Source: a virus (lineage: Duplodnaviria; Caudoviricetes). From it: 41,837 nucleotides of DNA. Under the pieces are notes generated by a model that did no database searches, had not been told where the DNA came from, and worked only from the letters and a program-made list of their open reading frames with translations. Positions 1 through 8,906 of the stretch are shown piece after piece. The translations under genes and the position numbers were made by a program. Position 1 is the first letter of the stretch; the number at the start of each line of letters is the position of its first letter. The stretch lies in IMG/VR virus record IMGVR_UViG_3300017965_000005, positions 1 to 41,837 of that record. One strand, given 5' to 3'.

Positions 1-164
1 CCCGGTGCTGTTCTCTCGTGGACGCGTACCCGCAGGGCTCCCATAGCTTCGAGATCGTTGCCACGATGGCCGACGACCACAATCTGACAACTCTCCTGGC
101 CACGGGGCCGGAGTTCGGATGCGTCCATCATGCCCCCAAAGAGGCGCTGACCCGAGATGCCTGA
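1..164 (+). CDS. 3' part of a hypothetical phage protein (..TGPEFGCVHH..), in frame with the ORF starting at 41636 if circular
   Basis: Open frame from codon 3-5 to TGA 162-164; Cys/His C-terminus typical of small phage proteins. Confidence 0.55.
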   Translation, partial: RCCSLVDAYPQGSHSFEIVATMADDHNLTTLLATGPEFGCVHHAPKEALTRDA

Positions 165-244
165 GTCCCTACGGGAGCCCCCTCCGGGGGCTTCCGCGGA
201 GTCTCAAGCCCGAGACCCAAGGAAAACAAGAGGAGGAGAGTTAG

Positions 245-583
245 ATGAGTCAATACAGAGACGACATCGGCAGCAACATGATTGAGAACAGAGACGCGGG
301 CCACCGGCGAACCACGCACCTCGATCGCCCCGCCATGTCGCCGAGCGACGAAGAGCTTGCCGCGAAGGCAGCGGCAGAGGCCGAGCAGTACCTCTCCAAC
401 TGGCGCACCAAGCTCGCCGGAAACGTGGGGATGTGGTTGCCTTTGTATGGACCGGCCTCCGAAGCCTTCCGCGAGGCCATGACCCCGAAGAATCGCGGGT
501 CCATCGTCTTCGAAGTGAAACCGGATCCGGAAGGCGGGGACCTGATCCGGTACCGCGAGACGCTGACCGTACCAAGGGGGTAG
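245..583 (+). CDS. Hypothetical protein (112 aa)
   Basis: Strong SD GAGGAGGAG before ATG. Confidence 0.8.
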   Translation: MSQYRDDIGSNMIENRDAGHRRTTHLDRPAMSPSDEELAAKAAAEAEQYLSNWRTKLAGNVGMWLPLYGPASEAFREAMTPKNRGSIVFEVKPDPEGGDLIRYRETLTVPRG

Positions 584-659
584 GCCTGGAGCTTTCACGG
601 GGCCCCGTTCTGGCGGGGCTCCGCGGAGTCTCAAGTCAGAGACCTGGAAAGGAGGAGTA

Positions 660-893
660 TTGCCTGCACGAAGAGCACGTGGCATGCCGGACGTCCCGGC
701 CCGCCGCAAGAAACCGCCATCGCCCATCCCCGGCACTCACCGGTCGTACCGCCTGAACGGCGACGACCGGGAGGCCATCGACTATCTCCTCGAAACCTGG
801 GGAGAGGATGACCCCCTGATGACCGAAAACGGCGTCATCAGAAAGGCCGTCCAGACCGCCGCCGCGCTGGAGCGCGGGCGGCGCGCCCGCTGA
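660..893 (+). CDS. Small DNA-binding protein, ribbon-helix-helix-like
   Basis: SD AGGAGGAG before TTG; strand-helix-helix pattern RSYRLNGDDREAIDYLL..TENGVIRKAVQ. Confidence 0.6.
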   Translation: MPARRARGMPDVPARRKKPPSPIPGTHRSYRLNGDDREAIDYLLETWGEDDPLMTENGVIRKAVQTAAALERGRRAR

Positions 894-922
894 CCGCTCA
901 CAAACCAACAGGAGACTTTGCC

Positions 923-1354
923 ATGGCTGACTGGAGAACGAGAGTCAAGTCCGACTACTACAAAACCGAAGACGTCGAAAACGGTCCGATCCTGCTGACC
1001 GTCAAGGAGCTGATGGAGGAGGAGACGCCCTGGACAAAGGGGGAGTATCACGACGTGATGCTTTTCAGGGAGCGCGGCTCGAAGAAGCTGGTCATGAAGC
1101 CGGCCCTCTACCAGAACGTCGAAGACGTCACCGGCAACAAGGACACCGACACCTGGGCCGGGGCCGTGGTCGTCCTCTTCAAGGACTCCTCGGTGCAGAT
1201 GATGGGGAAGCGGGTCGGCGGCGTGCGTATCCGCGCCCCCAAGAACCGCCCCCAACAGGCGCCGCCCCCGCCCCCCGTACAGCAGCCGGCCTACGAAGAG
1301 TGGCCGGAGCCCGGCGCCAGTGACGCCGACACCTACCCGGATGATCCCTTCTAG
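923..1354 (+). CDS. Putative single-stranded DNA-binding protein
   Basis: SD AGGAG; beta-rich core, Pro/Gln linker and acidic tail ending YPDDPF as in SSB C-termini; upstream of nuclease and helicase. Confidence 0.65.
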   Translation: MADWRTRVKSDYYKTEDVENGPILLTVKELMEEETPWTKGEYHDVMLFRERGSKKLVMKPALYQNVEDVTGNKDTDTWAGAVVVLFKDSSVQMMGKRVGGVRIRAPKNRPQQAPPPPPVQQPAYEEWPEPGASDADTYPDDPF

Positions 1355-1363
1355 GAGAAGACC

Positions 1364-1816
1364 ATGACCGACCTCTACGGATACGGCCCGGATTGCTGCG
1401 GGCCAGATGACAGCGCATACAGCAACCACCCCGATCCCGAAGGCTGCCTCCCCCTGGCTGACGCGGCGACCGGACTCACGGGTCCGGCCGCCAATGCCCA
1501 GGAGTTGACCGCTGGCAGGCCGCAGGAGCCACGATCGGAGCCTGCCCCTGCCATCCCCACGCCTCCGAAGGGATCGGCCCTCAGAATCGATCTGAAGGCC
1601 GGAATCGTGGATCTTCTGTCCATACCCCTCAACCTCCTCTACGGCGACCGTCAGGGGCAAGGCCGGGTCGCTGGTGAGGAGATCACCTGGAAGGATGTTG
1701 GGGAGTATCGGCGCGTGCTCGATCTGGCGAGCAATGGCAGGTGGTGCTGGTCCACTACAACGGTTCCGGGCGTCGCCATCATCAACCGACTTGCGATGTC
1801 TGGGGGCACGGCATGA
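1364..1816 (+). CDS. Hypothetical protein (150 aa)
   Basis: SD AGGAG; ATGA overlap with next gene. Confidence 0.75.
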   Translation: MTDLYGYGPDCCGPDDSAYSNHPDPEGCLPLADAATGLTGPAANAQELTAGRPQEPRSEPAPAIPTPPKGSALRIDLKAGIVDLLSIPLNLLYGDRQGQGRVAGEEITWKDVGEYRRVLDLASNGRWCWSTTTVPGVAIINRLAMSGGTA

Positions 1817-2802
1817 GCCTCGCGACGCATCAACCGGTGACCCGGGCGCTGGAGGCCTTCGCCCGGGAGCACCTCGGGAACCATGAAAGCCCCCTCTTCA
1901 GAAAACAGCAGGAGATCTTTCTCACCCGCCTGCAAGAGAAGCAGGTGGAGTGGCTGTCCCCTCACGACAACGAGGGGGCCTATGGCATGTCCGGGGCCGG
2001 CTCCTGTCTTCTCAAGCAGGACCTCTCCCGGGACGGCGTCAAGGGGACGCCGGTCGAGGGGTGGACCCACATGACGTGGCACCACGGACACATTGTCGAG
2101 GTCGAGGTGGTGTCGATCCTGGAGGCCCTCGGATGCGTGATCGAGGGGACGCAGGCGCCCGTTCGCACCTACCGGGCGGACGGGTCTCTCCTCCATAGCT
2201 CGAAGGTGGACGGGATCATCGTCTCGGCCCCGGCCGATCTCCAGATCCCGACCCCCATAATCCTCTCCGTCAAGAGCACCGCCTACAAGATGGCCGCCTT
2301 CATCAAGGGCGGCAACCAGAAGCGGAAAGGCTTCGCCGCCCTGCCGTTCGGCATCAAGGGCGAGGAGCCCTCCTGGTACATGCAGGCCCAGCTCGAAATG
2401 CACGGCTCCGACCCCCAAGAGGAGGGCTACTCCAGGATTGATCGCGTCCTCCTGGTGGCGGTCGCCAAAGACGTGGTGGCGGCCTATTCGCAGGATGAGA
2501 TCCTGCAAGATGCCGGCTCGATGGCCTTTCACGCCGAGATCCTCAAGTACGAACCGCACATAGCGACTCAACTGGTCAATGCCCGGGAGACCTTCGACCA
2601 CCTCGCCGCCGTGCCGGTCCCGGACGGCCTCGGGGTCGGCTTTGTCCGGCTGCCGGAGCCGGGCTCTCCGGGCGGGCAGAACACTAAGGGCTTTAGCATC
2701 TGGGGCGGTCCCAACCAGGCCGCCACAGGGACGTTCAATCCCTGTGGCATGTGTGAATTCAAGGCGCACTGCGCCGCAACCTATGGAAGAGGGGCCACGT
2801 GA
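1813..2802 (+). CDS. Cas4/AddB-like PD-(D/E)XK exonuclease with Fe-S cysteines
   Basis: ATGA-coupled start; N-terminal Cys (GMSGAGSC), KVDGII, LSVKS, YMQAQLEMH, C-terminal CGMCEFKAHC. Confidence 0.75.
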   Translation: MSLATHQPVTRALEAFAREHLGNHESPLFRKQQEIFLTRLQEKQVEWLSPHDNEGAYGMSGAGSCLLKQDLSRDGVKGTPVEGWTHMTWHHGHIVEVEVVSILEALGCVIEGTQAPVRTYRADGSLLHSSKVDGIIVSAPADLQIPTPIILSVKSTAYKMAAFIKGGNQKRKGFAALPFGIKGEEPSWYMQAQLEMHGSDPQEEGYSRIDRVLLVAVAKDVVAAYSQDEILQDAGSMAFHAEILKYEPHIATQLVNARETFDHLAAVPVPDGLGVGFVRLPEPGSPGGQNTKGFSIWGGPNQAATGTFNPCGMCEFKAHCAATYGRGAT

Positions 2803-3002
2803 ACGGCGACTATGAGCGCATCGACCAGCACCTCGACGATGCCCTCCTGGAGGGAGACGACGACATCCATCCTGGTATCCGAGAGAGCGGATGTCCCCAC
2901 GAGTGGGCCTACACCGGCACTGCCTACGGCGGTGATGACCCGCGCTGGTCTGGCGAGGGTCGCTGCTATTGCGTCTACTGCGGTGCGGACGGTGACGCTT
3001 GA
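2799..3002 (+). CDS. Small Cys/His (zinc-binding-like) protein
   Basis: GTGA coupling; CPHEW..CYCVYCG. Confidence 0.7.
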   Translation: MNGDYERIDQHLDDALLEGDDDIHPGIRESGCPHEWAYTGTAYGGDDPRWSGEGRCYCVYCGADGDA

Positions 3003-3433
3003 AGCCGGTCACCTTCATCGAGGCCAGGGTCCTCGCCGCGATGGCGCGCGGCGGGACCTTGGCCCGGAAGCCGTCGAAGGTCTCCAACCCCCTGCACTAT
3101 CCCTGGGAGCTGCGGGACGGTGGCGGGGGGATCGTCTACTACCCCGCCAAGTACCGGCGGGAGAACCGCCAGGAGGAGGGGGACTGCCCCCTATGGTGGG
3201 CGAAGAAGCTGGCCCCGCTCGTCGAGCGCGGCCTTCTCATCGCTGACCATCCCACTTTCATCAAGGCGGCAAGGCTCTACATCACGGACGAGGGGAAGGG
3301 GGTCGCCTGGAGGCTGCACGTCAGCGGCAACTACGGCAAGCCCATCCCCTGCCTCATCTGCGACCGCCCCCCGCACGAGGCGACGGACCACGAGTATCAA
3401 CCCGCCCTCAAATGGGCGAAGGAGATCAAATGA
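2999..3433 (+). CDS. Hypothetical protein, winged-helix-like with C-terminal CxxC/His
   Basis: TTGA coupling; LVERGLL..LYITDEG; CLIC..H..H. Confidence 0.6.
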   Translation: MKPVTFIEARVLAAMARGGTLARKPSKVSNPLHYPWELRDGGGGIVYYPAKYRRENRQEEGDCPLWWAKKLAPLVERGLLIADHPTFIKAARLYITDEGKGVAWRLHVSGNYGKPIPCLICDRPPHEATDHEYQPALKWAKEIK

Positions 3434-3885
3434 CGCAACTGCGGGAGTACTACGGACTCTTCCCGGATCGAGACTTCTTGCGCCGGGTGAGCGGGGTCAA
3501 TGAGTGGATTCAAGGGACGACGAGGAACGGTATGACGAAGAGCGAGAAGGAAATCAGGCGGGTCGAGGAAGAGGCGCGCCGCCGCGAGGCGGCTGCCCGT
3601 CCCTTTCCCTGGTGGACGAAGGGGGAGCTTCTGGGGAGGAATGATCTCATTGCCAAGCGCCTCCAGGCGCTCGCCGGCCAGGAGGCAGTCATTCTCTTTG
3701 GGAAGGACGCTGATCCGCTGTACCCGCTCGGAGCGGGTACAGCCCGTGCCAAGGTGAGCCTTTCTCCTCCTGCGAACGGCTGGGCCTGGGCCACGATCGG
3801 AGAGGTCTATCACGGCTTCCGGCTGGACAAGGTTCTGAGTGTCTTCACTCCTGAAGAGGCGATGGCCTGCGAGGTGTTACCGTGA
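3430..3885 (+). CDS. Hypothetical protein
   Basis: SD AAGGAG; ATGA overlap at 3430. Confidence 0.75.
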   Translation: MTQLREYYGLFPDRDFLRRVSGVNEWIQGTTRNGMTKSEKEIRRVEEEARRREAAARPFPWWTKGELLGRNDLIAKRLQALAGQEAVILFGKDADPLYPLGAGTARAKVSLSPPANGWAWATIGEVYHGFRLDKVLSVFTPEEAMACEVLP

Positions 3886-4118
3886 TTTCGTACCTAGGAG
3901 TAGTGCAGGTCGAGACCTTCTGGCAGGTAGATCCGGATGGCGGGAGAGAGGTCCTCACGCTCCAGGAGGCAAGGAATGCCATTGACTCCATGGTGTTCCA
4001 GCTCCTCAATGACCCTGCCATCCTCCACCAGGAATCGACATATTCGGATCTTGAACACGCGATGGGCCGGATCTTCGGCGTGGAGACGGAGTCAGATGCA
4101 GAAGCCTCTCCCGCATAG
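3882..4118 (+). CDS. Hypothetical protein (78 aa)
   Basis: GTGA coupling with SD GAGGT; overlaps helicase start. Confidence 0.7.
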   Translation: MISYLGVVQVETFWQVDPDGGREVLTLQEARNAIDSMVFQLLNDPAILHQESTYSDLEHAMGRIFGVETESDAEASPA

Positions 4119-5457
4119 CCCGGAAGCGGAGCGCGCCGTCCTGGGCGCGCTCCTCCTGGAGCCGGAGCGGGTTGGGAGGCTTGCGGACCGGCTTCGCCCT
4201 GAAGATTTCCATGTCGTCCAGCATCAACACATCTACAGGGGGGTCCTGGCTGTCGCAGCGGAAGGTGGGACGCCGGAACCCCTCGCGGTTATGGCTTGGC
4301 TGCGGCAGGCGGGACTCCTCGAAGACGTCGGTGGGCTGGGTGCCCTGGCGGAGCTCGAAGACCTGACCCTGGCGACGGAGCGGGTGGGAGAGTGGACGGG
4401 GATCGTCGTCGACCGCTCGGCCCGCCGCCGCCTGATCGAGGCGGCGGGCGAGGCCATTCGAGAGGGCGCTTCCTCCGCCGCGCCCATGGCGGAGATCCTG
4501 GCCCATCTCTCGGGCGAGATCCTGGCGCTCGAAACCCGCCTCTCCTCCGGGAGCGGCGGCGAAGCCCTGGGGGACATCCTTCAGGGGGACGAGGCGAAGG
4601 CGAACCCGTCCAGGGCCGGTTGGGGGTGGTCCTTCGCCGACCGCTTGACGGTCGGCTTCGCCGAAGGGACGCTCACCTTTCTCGCCGGGCAGGCCAAGAT
4701 GGGGAAGAGTGCGGCGGCGGCCTCGATCATTCGCTGGAATGCCCGACATGGACGGCGAGTGCTCCTGCGGAGCGTCGAGGAGTTTAAACGTCCCTGGGGG
4801 CGGCGGCTCCTCGCCCAGGAGGCGAAGGTCAGCCTTCACCGGCTGATCGAGTCGAAGGGTCGCATCCGCGCAGGCGGACTCCATCCCGACGAAGCCGGGC
4901 GGGTCGCCGTCGCCGAGGCGGCGATGGCCGAGTGGCGGGTGGTCGTGGTTGATTCGGCGCCCAACGCCCGCGGGGTGGCGGCGCCGGATACCCCGGAGGG
5001 GATCGTCGCAACGGTCCTCGCCGAGCATGAGAGGGAGCCGCTCGACCTCGCCGTCGTCGATCATCTTCAGGACGTTCGCGGGGACGACGGCTGGGAGGGG
5101 ATCATCAAGGCGGCGAAGGTCCTACGGACGGTCGCACGGCACGGGGTCCCCGTACTGGTGCTGTCGCAGATCTCCCCCAAGGTCGAGGCCAGGGCGCAGA
5201 AGTTCAGCCCGAAGAGCGAGCGCGCGGACTGGCTGAATGCTCTGCGCCCCACCCTGACGGACCTCGGCGGGGCGGCCCGCCTCGACTCGATCGCCGACGT
5301 CGTCGGGGCGGTCTTCCGCCCCGACTTCTTTCTGCCGGACGGGGCTGTCCCGGACGGCAAGGCGGAGCTGCTCATCCGGGCCAACAGGTACGGCCCGACC
5401 AACAAAATAGTGCCGCTCCGATTCGATCCGGAGAGTACTTCTTTCGAAGGGAGCTGA
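4096..5457 (+). CDS. dnaB: DnaB-like replicative helicase
   Basis: DnaB N-terminus PHSPEAERAVLGALLL; Walker A AGQAKMGKS; Walker B VVDHLQ; VLSQ; NRYGP arginine finger. Confidence 0.92.
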   Translation: MQKPLPHSPEAERAVLGALLLEPERVGRLADRLRPEDFHVVQHQHIYRGVLAVAAEGGTPEPLAVMAWLRQAGLLEDVGGLGALAELEDLTLATERVGEWTGIVVDRSARRRLIEAAGEAIREGASSAAPMAEILAHLSGEILALETRLSSGSGGEALGDILQGDEAKANPSRAGWGWSFADRLTVGFAEGTLTFLAGQAKMGKSAAAASIIRWNARHGRRVLLRSVEEFKRPWGRRLLAQEAKVSLHRLIESKGRIRAGGLHPDEAGRVAVAEAAMAEWRVVVVDSAPNARGVAAPDTPEGIVATVLAEHEREPLDLAVVDHLQDVRGDDGWEGIIKAAKVLRTVARHGVPVLVLSQISPKVEARAQKFSPKSERADWLNALRPTLTDLGGAARLDSIADVVGAVFRPDFFLPDGAVPDGKAELLIRANRYGPTNKIVPLRFDPESTSFEGS

Positions 5458-5462
5458 GAGTT

Positions 5463-5783
5463 ATGGGAATTCATGGAACCTTCGGCGCGAAGATCAGTGG
5501 ACCTGACTGGAGCAAAATCACGGAGGACGAGGCAGGGATTGCGCTTCGTATTGTCAAGAGATGGGAGAGGGAGCATGGCAAACCCCCGGGGTACAAGAGA
5601 ATCAACTTACTCATGGACATAGAAGCGGCCCACCTCGATTGCCGTATGAATCTTGAGAGTTTGCTCGAAAGTGACTCCGTGACCTTCGCGCATGACATCG
5701 GTGGTATTACCAAGCACATGGATCGAGCTACGGGGAAGCTCGGTGGCTGCTTTGTGCCCAGAACGGCAAGGGGGCTGCCTTGA
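5463..5783 (+). CDS. Conserved-looking phage hypothetical protein (FAHDIGGI..DRATGKLGGCFVPR)
   Basis: SD GGGAG; motif recalled from a widespread uncharacterised phage family; visibly lower GC than neighbours. Confidence 0.75.
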   Translation: MGIHGTFGAKISGPDWSKITEDEAGIALRIVKRWEREHGKPPGYKRINLLMDIEAAHLDCRMNLESLLESDSVTFAHDIGGITKHMDRATGKLGGCFVPRTARGLP

Positions 5784-6037
5784 GCTGTTCCTGCCCCGGC
5801 CCCTCTGGGGGTCGCTGCTCGACCTGTCGGGCCAGCACTGCCCATGCGCGGACGGCTGACGTCCCTGCCGGCCCCGGGGTGGAATGGGGGGTGTACACTC
5901 CGGGTCCCCTCCGGGACCTCGCCTCGAAGCTCGCAACCGAGCGGGGAATGTCCCGCTCGGCACTGGCCGCCCGAGCCCTCGGGATCGGCCTCTACCACAT
6001 CATGAAGGGAGGGCTCTTTCGTGCCTCAGAAGATTGA
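5780..6037 (+). CDS. Small protein with Cys-rich N-terminus and CopG/RHH-like C-terminus
   Basis: TTGA coupling; LRDLASKLATERGMSRSALAARAL. Confidence 0.6.
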   Translation: MSCSCPGPSGGRCSTCRASTAHARTADVPAGPGVEWGVYTPGPLRDLASKLATERGMSRSALAARALGIGLYHIMKGGLFRASED

Positions 6038-6317
6038 TCGTCAGGAATGGGATCGGCTCCTCGCTCGTCTAAAGCTGCTCTCGAATGCCCCTTTGAGCGA
6101 TGTCCTCACGGAGGTGCACAAGAAGCTCGACCGACTGAACGAAGTAGAGATCGAGCTGGTCGAGGCGGGCGACAGAATCAGCGACCTCAAAAATGCCGAG
6201 CACCCGCCGAATGAGGCGGCGGCGCGCCTCGTTCATGCGCAACATAGCAGTACTTTCCTTCTCGACCTCAGGCTCTGTCCGCACCCTGACTGCGAGGATA
6301 TCTGGAGGGATGTATGA
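6021..6317 (+). CDS. Hypothetical coiled-coil protein
   Basis: SD GGGAGG before GTG; ATGA overlap with next gene. Confidence 0.7.
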   Translation: MPQKIDRQEWDRLLARLKLLSNAPLSDVLTEVHKKLDRLNEVEIELVEAGDRISDLKNAEHPPNEAAARLVHAQHSSTFLLDLRLCPHPDCEDIWRDV

Positions 6318-6721
6318 GCAGGAAGGGGTACGACCGACAGGGCAACCCCCTCCCCTGCCGCCCTCTGCATCCGGACGAGGAGGAGAACGTCATCCCCTTG
6401 CCGGGCTTCGAGCATCTGATCGGCGAGCCGGTGGTTCCCTCTTCCGCCGGTCGGGCGGAGCTGCATGACAGCCTCTGCCCACAAAAGAAGCGCAAGGAGA
6501 AGCCGCGGCCTCTGGAGTACCGGTTCTGGCAGGAAGTCAGAGAGGGCGACCGGGTGGTCGTCGATGGCTCCCAGGAAGGGGTGGTCATCGCGAACGATGT
6601 TCACGTCGAGAAAGGAGATGTCGTCCGCATCGTCAACTACTCCGTCGTCCTGCTGGACAACGGGGACGAGATAGAGGTCCAGGAACACTCCCGCATGAAG
6701 CGGGTACCGGAGGGAGCATGA
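6314..6721 (+). CDS. Hypothetical protein with beta-rich C-terminus
   Basis: SD GGAGG; coupled at both ends. Confidence 0.75.
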   Translation: MSRKGYDRQGNPLPCRPLHPDEEENVIPLPGFEHLIGEPVVPSSAGRAELHDSLCPQKKRKEKPRPLEYRFWQEVREGDRVVVDGSQEGVVIANDVHVEKGDVVRIVNYSVVLLDNGDEIEVQEHSRMKRVPEGA

Positions 6722-6903
6722 CCAGGAAGGAGATCTACGACACGATGGTGAGCGAGGTCGTTGCCCGCCTCGCTGATCAAGGGGGAGAATTGCGAAGTCG
6801 TCAGGTTGATGCTGTCCTCGTCGAGGTGGCCGGGCTCGCGGCGGATTTCTATGAGCGGCTCGATCATGTCGAGCAAAGGCTCCGCCTCCTGGAGAGGGCA
6901 TGA
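6718..6903 (+). CDS. Hypothetical protein (61 aa)
   Basis: SD GGAGG; ATGA coupling at both ends. Confidence 0.75.
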   Translation: MTRKEIYDTMVSEVVARLADQGGELRSRQVDAVLVEVAGLAADFYERLDHVEQRLRLLERA

Positions 6904-7073
6904 CCGGCAGCGAGCCTCCACAGATCATCGCGGCCGAGACGCTCTCCACCGGCATTCGTCTGCTGATTCAGGCGGCGGACGGCGAGAAGAGAATCTGCGA
7001 GATGAGTGCAGGAGAGCTGTGGGCCATGGGCTCGTCCAAGCCCCGAACCTGGGATGGAAAGGAGAAGCCTTGA
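6900..7073 (+). CDS. Hypothetical protein (57 aa, MTGSEPPQ..GKEKP; not in ORF track)
   Basis: Hand-translated; ATGA overlap at 6900 and TTGA overlap at 7070; fills the gap exactly. Confidence 0.65.
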   Translation: MTGSEPPQIIAAETLSTGIRLLIQAADGEKRICEMSAGELWAMGSSKPRTWDGKEKP

Positions 7074-7297
7074 GCGCCGAGCCCTGTTCGACCTGCCAGA
7101 CCAAGGCCTGGAAAGAGTGGAGCGACGATCGGATACTCCGCGGGGAGGGCATCATCCACGAGATGCCGAAGATCTGCGACCCATGCCGCGAGCGCCTCGG
7201 GCGCATCGCGGCTCAGTACCAGCCGAAGGAAGTCTGGCGCCCATCCCAGGATGGGCGGGATGTGCTCGTTCAATTCCTGGACGAGGAAAAGAAGTGA
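7070..7297 (+). CDS. Zinc-finger-like hypothetical protein (75 aa)
   Basis: SD AAAGGAG before TTG; CSTC..CDPC. Confidence 0.7.
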   Translation: MSAEPCSTCQTKAWKEWSDDRILRGEGIIHEMPKICDPCRERLGRIAAQYQPKEVWRPSQDGRDVLVQFLDEEKK

Positions 7298-7683
7298 GCC
7301 GGTACGGGAAGTACGGCGTCGCGCCGAAGGTGGAGCGGACGAGCCGGGAGGGGATCGTCTTCGACTCGAAGGGCGAGTTGTCAAGGTGGGAGGAGCTTCG
7401 CCTGTTGGAGCGGGCCGGCGAGGTCTCCGAGTTGCGCCGGCAGGTCAAGTACCCGCTCGTGGTCAACGGGGTCGATCTGGGGTCCTATGTGGCGGACTTC
7501 GTATACGTGGACGAAAGGACCCTGCTCGTCGGCGGCAGACAGGTCGTCGAGGACTTCAAGGGAGTCCGCACGCCAGCCTACCGACTGAAAAAGAAGTTGA
7601 TGCTGGCCATCCATGGAATCGAGATCTTCGAGACCGGCGCGCCGCAGCGCCGGACTCGCAGGAAAAGAAGGGAGAATCGATGA
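7294..7683 (+). CDS. DUF1064-family putative endonuclease
   Basis: KYG..GIVFDSKGE..RWEELRLLERAGEVSELRRQVKY..YVADFVY..VVEDFKG..YRLKKKL; GTGA coupling. Confidence 0.85.
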   Translation: MSRYGKYGVAPKVERTSREGIVFDSKGELSRWEELRLLERAGEVSELRRQVKYPLVVNGVDLGSYVADFVYVDERTLLVGGRQVVEDFKGVRTPAYRLKKKLMLAIHGIEIFETGAPQRRTRRKRRENR

Positions 7684-7901
7684 GGCTGGCGCACCAAGGA
7701 TACGACGAGTTGAAGAAGGAGCTGACCCGCGAGAAGCAGGAGCACGTCTGGGCGAGGGCGAGGATCGCCGACTTCCTGATCAAGGAGCAGGAGCTGGATG
7801 GGCTGGCCGACAGCCTGGAGGGGAAGGGGCAGCAGGTCAGGCCCCTCTCCAGGGCAGAGATCGCGGAACGCATTCGCTCCATCCTTCGCCTGCCCGAGTA
7901 G
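7680..7901 (+). CDS. Hypothetical protein (73 aa)
   Basis: SD AGGGAG; ATGA coupling. Confidence 0.7.
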   Translation: MRLAHQGYDELKKELTREKQEHVWARARIADFLIKEQELDGLADSLEGKGQQVRPLSRAEIAERIRSILRLPE

Positions 7902-8015
7902 GGCCGCTGGCCGCCCGCGCGGCGGCCAGGCGGCGGCAGGGCAGGGCATCCCCACTGACCAGCAGGAGAGCGCCCCTCAGAGGGGCGCTAATCAAGACTT
8001 TTTAAGGAGACCATC

Positions 8016-8906
8016 ATGAACGACAAGGAAGCCACTCCGGCCGAGCCGGAGGTACTGTGGAGAGTGCCGCCCGGCACGACGGGTGGCTGGTACGCCTTCA
8101 AGATTCTTGCGGATGGCAGCGCCTGGTCTTGTCATCCTCTGGGTGGCAACTGGATCAAGATGGACGGCGACAGGATGCATCCAGCTATTCGCGAGCTGGC
8201 CCGCCGCCTGCTGACCGAGCGGGCCGAGCAGGAGAGGCTCGACGACCACAACGACGAGATGGAGGCGAGCCAGCCACTCTGGGTTGTGGAGGCGGAGCAC
8301 CTGGAAGAGCGCCTCAGGCGGGTCGAGGCGATAGCCGATCCGGTGGCGCTGGCCATCTTGCGAGGCCAGAGCGGCCTCCATTCTGACCCCCTGAATACCC
8401 TTGAGGCGAAGATGGCAACGCTGGGGCATCGCGTGGAGGAGCTGGACAAAAACCTGGCGCGTGAGGTCGAACGGCGCGCCCTGGAGACGAAGGAGCAGCA
8501 CAGGAACTGCGCCGTCTATGAGCGCGTCCAGGCCGATCTCATCGCAGCGGTGGAGGGCTTGAGGGCCGCCCTCAGTCGGCCCAGCCCGGCCGCGGCGCCC
8601 GAAGCGCCGCCGGCCCTGCGCTGGGAGAGGGGTGCGAATCGGATGATCAATTCGGACGGCGTAGAGGTCCTCGATCTCGGGGACTGCGACAACCTCCGGC
8701 CGGAGGAGCACGCCTGGCTCTCTCGCCTGGCGGATCTGTGGTGCGCATGGGGGGATCACGGGTATCTGCGGGAGCGGCTCGTCAATGCAAGCGGTAGGGG
8801 CAATGCGACCACCAAGGGTTGGTGGCAGGACCATCCCGATTTCCGCCAGCTCCGCTCCGAATTGTTGGCGGTTCCATGGCTCTTCGAAAGGAAGGAGGGG
8901 ATATGA
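8016..8906 (+). CDS. Hypothetical coiled-coil protein; N-terminal domain paralogous to 37195..37917
   Basis: SD AAGGAG; shared EPExLW..RELARRLLxERAE. Confidence 0.8.
   Translation: MNDKEATPAEPEVLWRVPPGTTGGWYAFKILADGSAWSCHPLGGNWIKMDGDRMHPAIRELARRLLTERAEQERLDDHNDEMEASQPLWVVEAEHLEERLRRVEAIADPVALAILRGQSGLHSDPLNTLEAKMATLGHRVEELDKNLAREVERRALETKEQHRNCAVYERVQADLIAAVEGLRAALSRPSPAAAPEAPPALRWERGANRMINSDGVEVLDLGDCDNLRPEEHAWLSRLADLWCAWGDHGYLRERLVNASGRGNATTKGWWQDHPDFRQLRSELLAVPWLFERKEGI

Noticed and set aside
1651-3087. Long minus ORFs opposite early genes (also 782-1660, 4006-5064, 7992-8834)
   Set aside because: Shadow frames that do not link any minus-strand genes, unlike the bridge ORFs
7903-7990. 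Two GC hairpins in an intergenic gap as terminators
   Set aside because: No adjacent U-tract; function not supportable
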